In this document: one piece after another, positions 63,337-64,000 of the stretch
Layout: each line of letters opens with the position of its first letter
Position numbering within the stretch: the first letter of the stretch is position 1
Assembly: GCF_022482905.1 (NCBI RefSeq)
Contig: NZ_JAKVOI010000001.1
Coordinates: 929,958 to 993,957 of the forward strand
Source: Clostridium sp.
GTDB taxonomy: Bacteria; Bacillota; Clostridia; Clostridiales; Clostridiaceae
Direction: 5' to 3'
Length of the DNA stretch: 64,000 nucleotides
Program-made: the position numbers and the translations under genes
Notes under the pieces: generated by a model
The model's database searches: none
The model's input: only the letters and a program-made list of their open reading frames with translations
What the model was told of the DNA's origin: nothing

Positions 63337-64000
63337 ATGTATAACAAAATCAATGGTGTTAATTATGAACTTATAGAAAATTCATCAAGCAGTGAAAACC
63401 TTGTATTTGTACATGGTTCAGGATGTAATCGTAAATTTTTAAGGCCGCTGGCCCAAATGCTTCCCGAGTTCAATTGCTATCTGATAGATCTACCCAATCA
63501 TGGTGATTCCGACAATAAAAATTGTATAGGAGCTGAGGATTATATTGATGCTGTGTCTGAATTCGTCTCTACTTTGAATAATGTCACTATAATAGGGCAT
63601 TCCCTGGGAGGTACCATATGCATTGGTGTTGCAGCAAGGAACATTCCTTCAGTAAAAAGAAGCATAATTGTAAGCTCCAGTGCAAAATACTATAAATTGG
63701 ATCAGAAAATTCACAATATGGTTGAAAAAGGAAAAGCAGATTGGGACTATCTTCTGGAATGTCTTTCTTCTTTGGACAATCCCGATGTTTCACAGATTAT
63801 TTTAACTCTTGAATCTGAAGATGTATTGATTAGGGATTTCGATATTGATATAAAAGTTGATCTAGAGGATATTTCAGGTAATATTAGTATACCAACATTA
63901 ATTGTAGCAGGCGGCGATGATATCCTTGCACTTCCTGAATATTCGACAAAGCTTCACGAGAAAATTGACAATTCTAAATTAATTATTGTTCCAAATATCA
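63337..64000 (+). CDS. alpha/beta hydrolase (partial; runs off the window end)
   Basis: Not in the ORF track because it is open-ended. GGAGGA lies 6 nt before the ATG at 63337. LVFVHGSG is present, along with the nucleophile elbow GHSLGG. Confidence 0.75.
   Translation, partial: MYNKINGVNYELIENSSSSENLVFVHGSGCNRKFLRPLAQMLPEFNCYLIDLPNHGDSDNKNCIGAEDYIDAVSEFVSTLNNVTIIGHSLGGTICIGVAARNIPSVKRSIIVSSSAKYYKLDQKIHNMVEKGKADWDYLLECLSSLDNPDVSQIILTLESEDVLIRDFDIDIKVDLEDISGNISIPTLIVAGGDDILALPEYSTKLHEKIDNSKLIIVPNI

Noticed and set aside
1-64000. CRISPR arrays, tRNA/rRNA genes, IS elements, integrases, prophage genes, toxin-antitoxin pairs and known defence systems
   Set aside because: I scanned the ORF translations and intergenic regions. 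I found no regularly spaced repeats, no transposase, recombinase or phage-like proteins, and no structured RNA genes. The only decayed gene seen is the BceB-type remnant.

Overview
The window looks like a chromosomal segment from a low-G+C Firmicute, probably Clostridium-like. That call is an inference from composition, GGAGG-type ribosome-binding sites and gene content. I support about 55 protein-coding genes. I saw no rRNA, tRNA, CRISPR array, transposase or integrase.

Gene content, in order:
- Ferritin-like protein, DapB-like reductase, GntR/TrkA-C regulator, aspartate ammonia-lyase with a 4-hydroxybutyrate-dehydrogenase-like Fe-ADH, and a GNAT acetyltransferase.
- Small Met-rich membrane protein with a histidine kinase/OmpR-type two-component system.
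- KimA-type K+ transporter, an MCP, and an HxlR regulator with a PNPOx-like protein.
- A TetR - MMPL - secreted coiled-coil protein - 2x YhgE/Pip envelope cluster (14.7-24.4 kb).
- A visibly G+C-richer PadR - 3x DUF1048 - ABC-2 exporter island (24.5-27.5 kb).
- A regulator-dense accessory patch: GntR/FCD, tandem-HTH TetR with a radical SAM enzyme, TetR with a quinone oxidoreductase, a BceB-type permease remnant, and two TetR + rifampicin-phosphotransferase-like PEP-utilising enzyme modules.
- An orphan nitrogenase-like D/K pair behind a terminator-containing leader (40.6-43.7 kb).
- A CBS-pair protein, then kdp(Z)FABC-kdpDE, SigI/RsgI and Ogt.
- A SAM-I riboswitch controlling a Cys/Met PLP enzyme.
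- A PLC-like protein with a GT4 glycosyltransferase, two more MCPs, a KAS III-like enzyme lacking the His/Asn of the catalytic triad, and a partial alpha/beta hydrolase.

Best candidates for new biology:
1. The NifH-less nitrogenase-like pair with its attenuator leader.
2. The MMPL/YhgE-Pip/secreted coiled-coil cluster.
3. KdpE-type TTTATA-N5-TTTATA direct repeats shared by the kdp, kimA and CBS-gene upstream regions.

All family assignments come from reading the translated ORFs and recognising motifs by eye. No database search was run.
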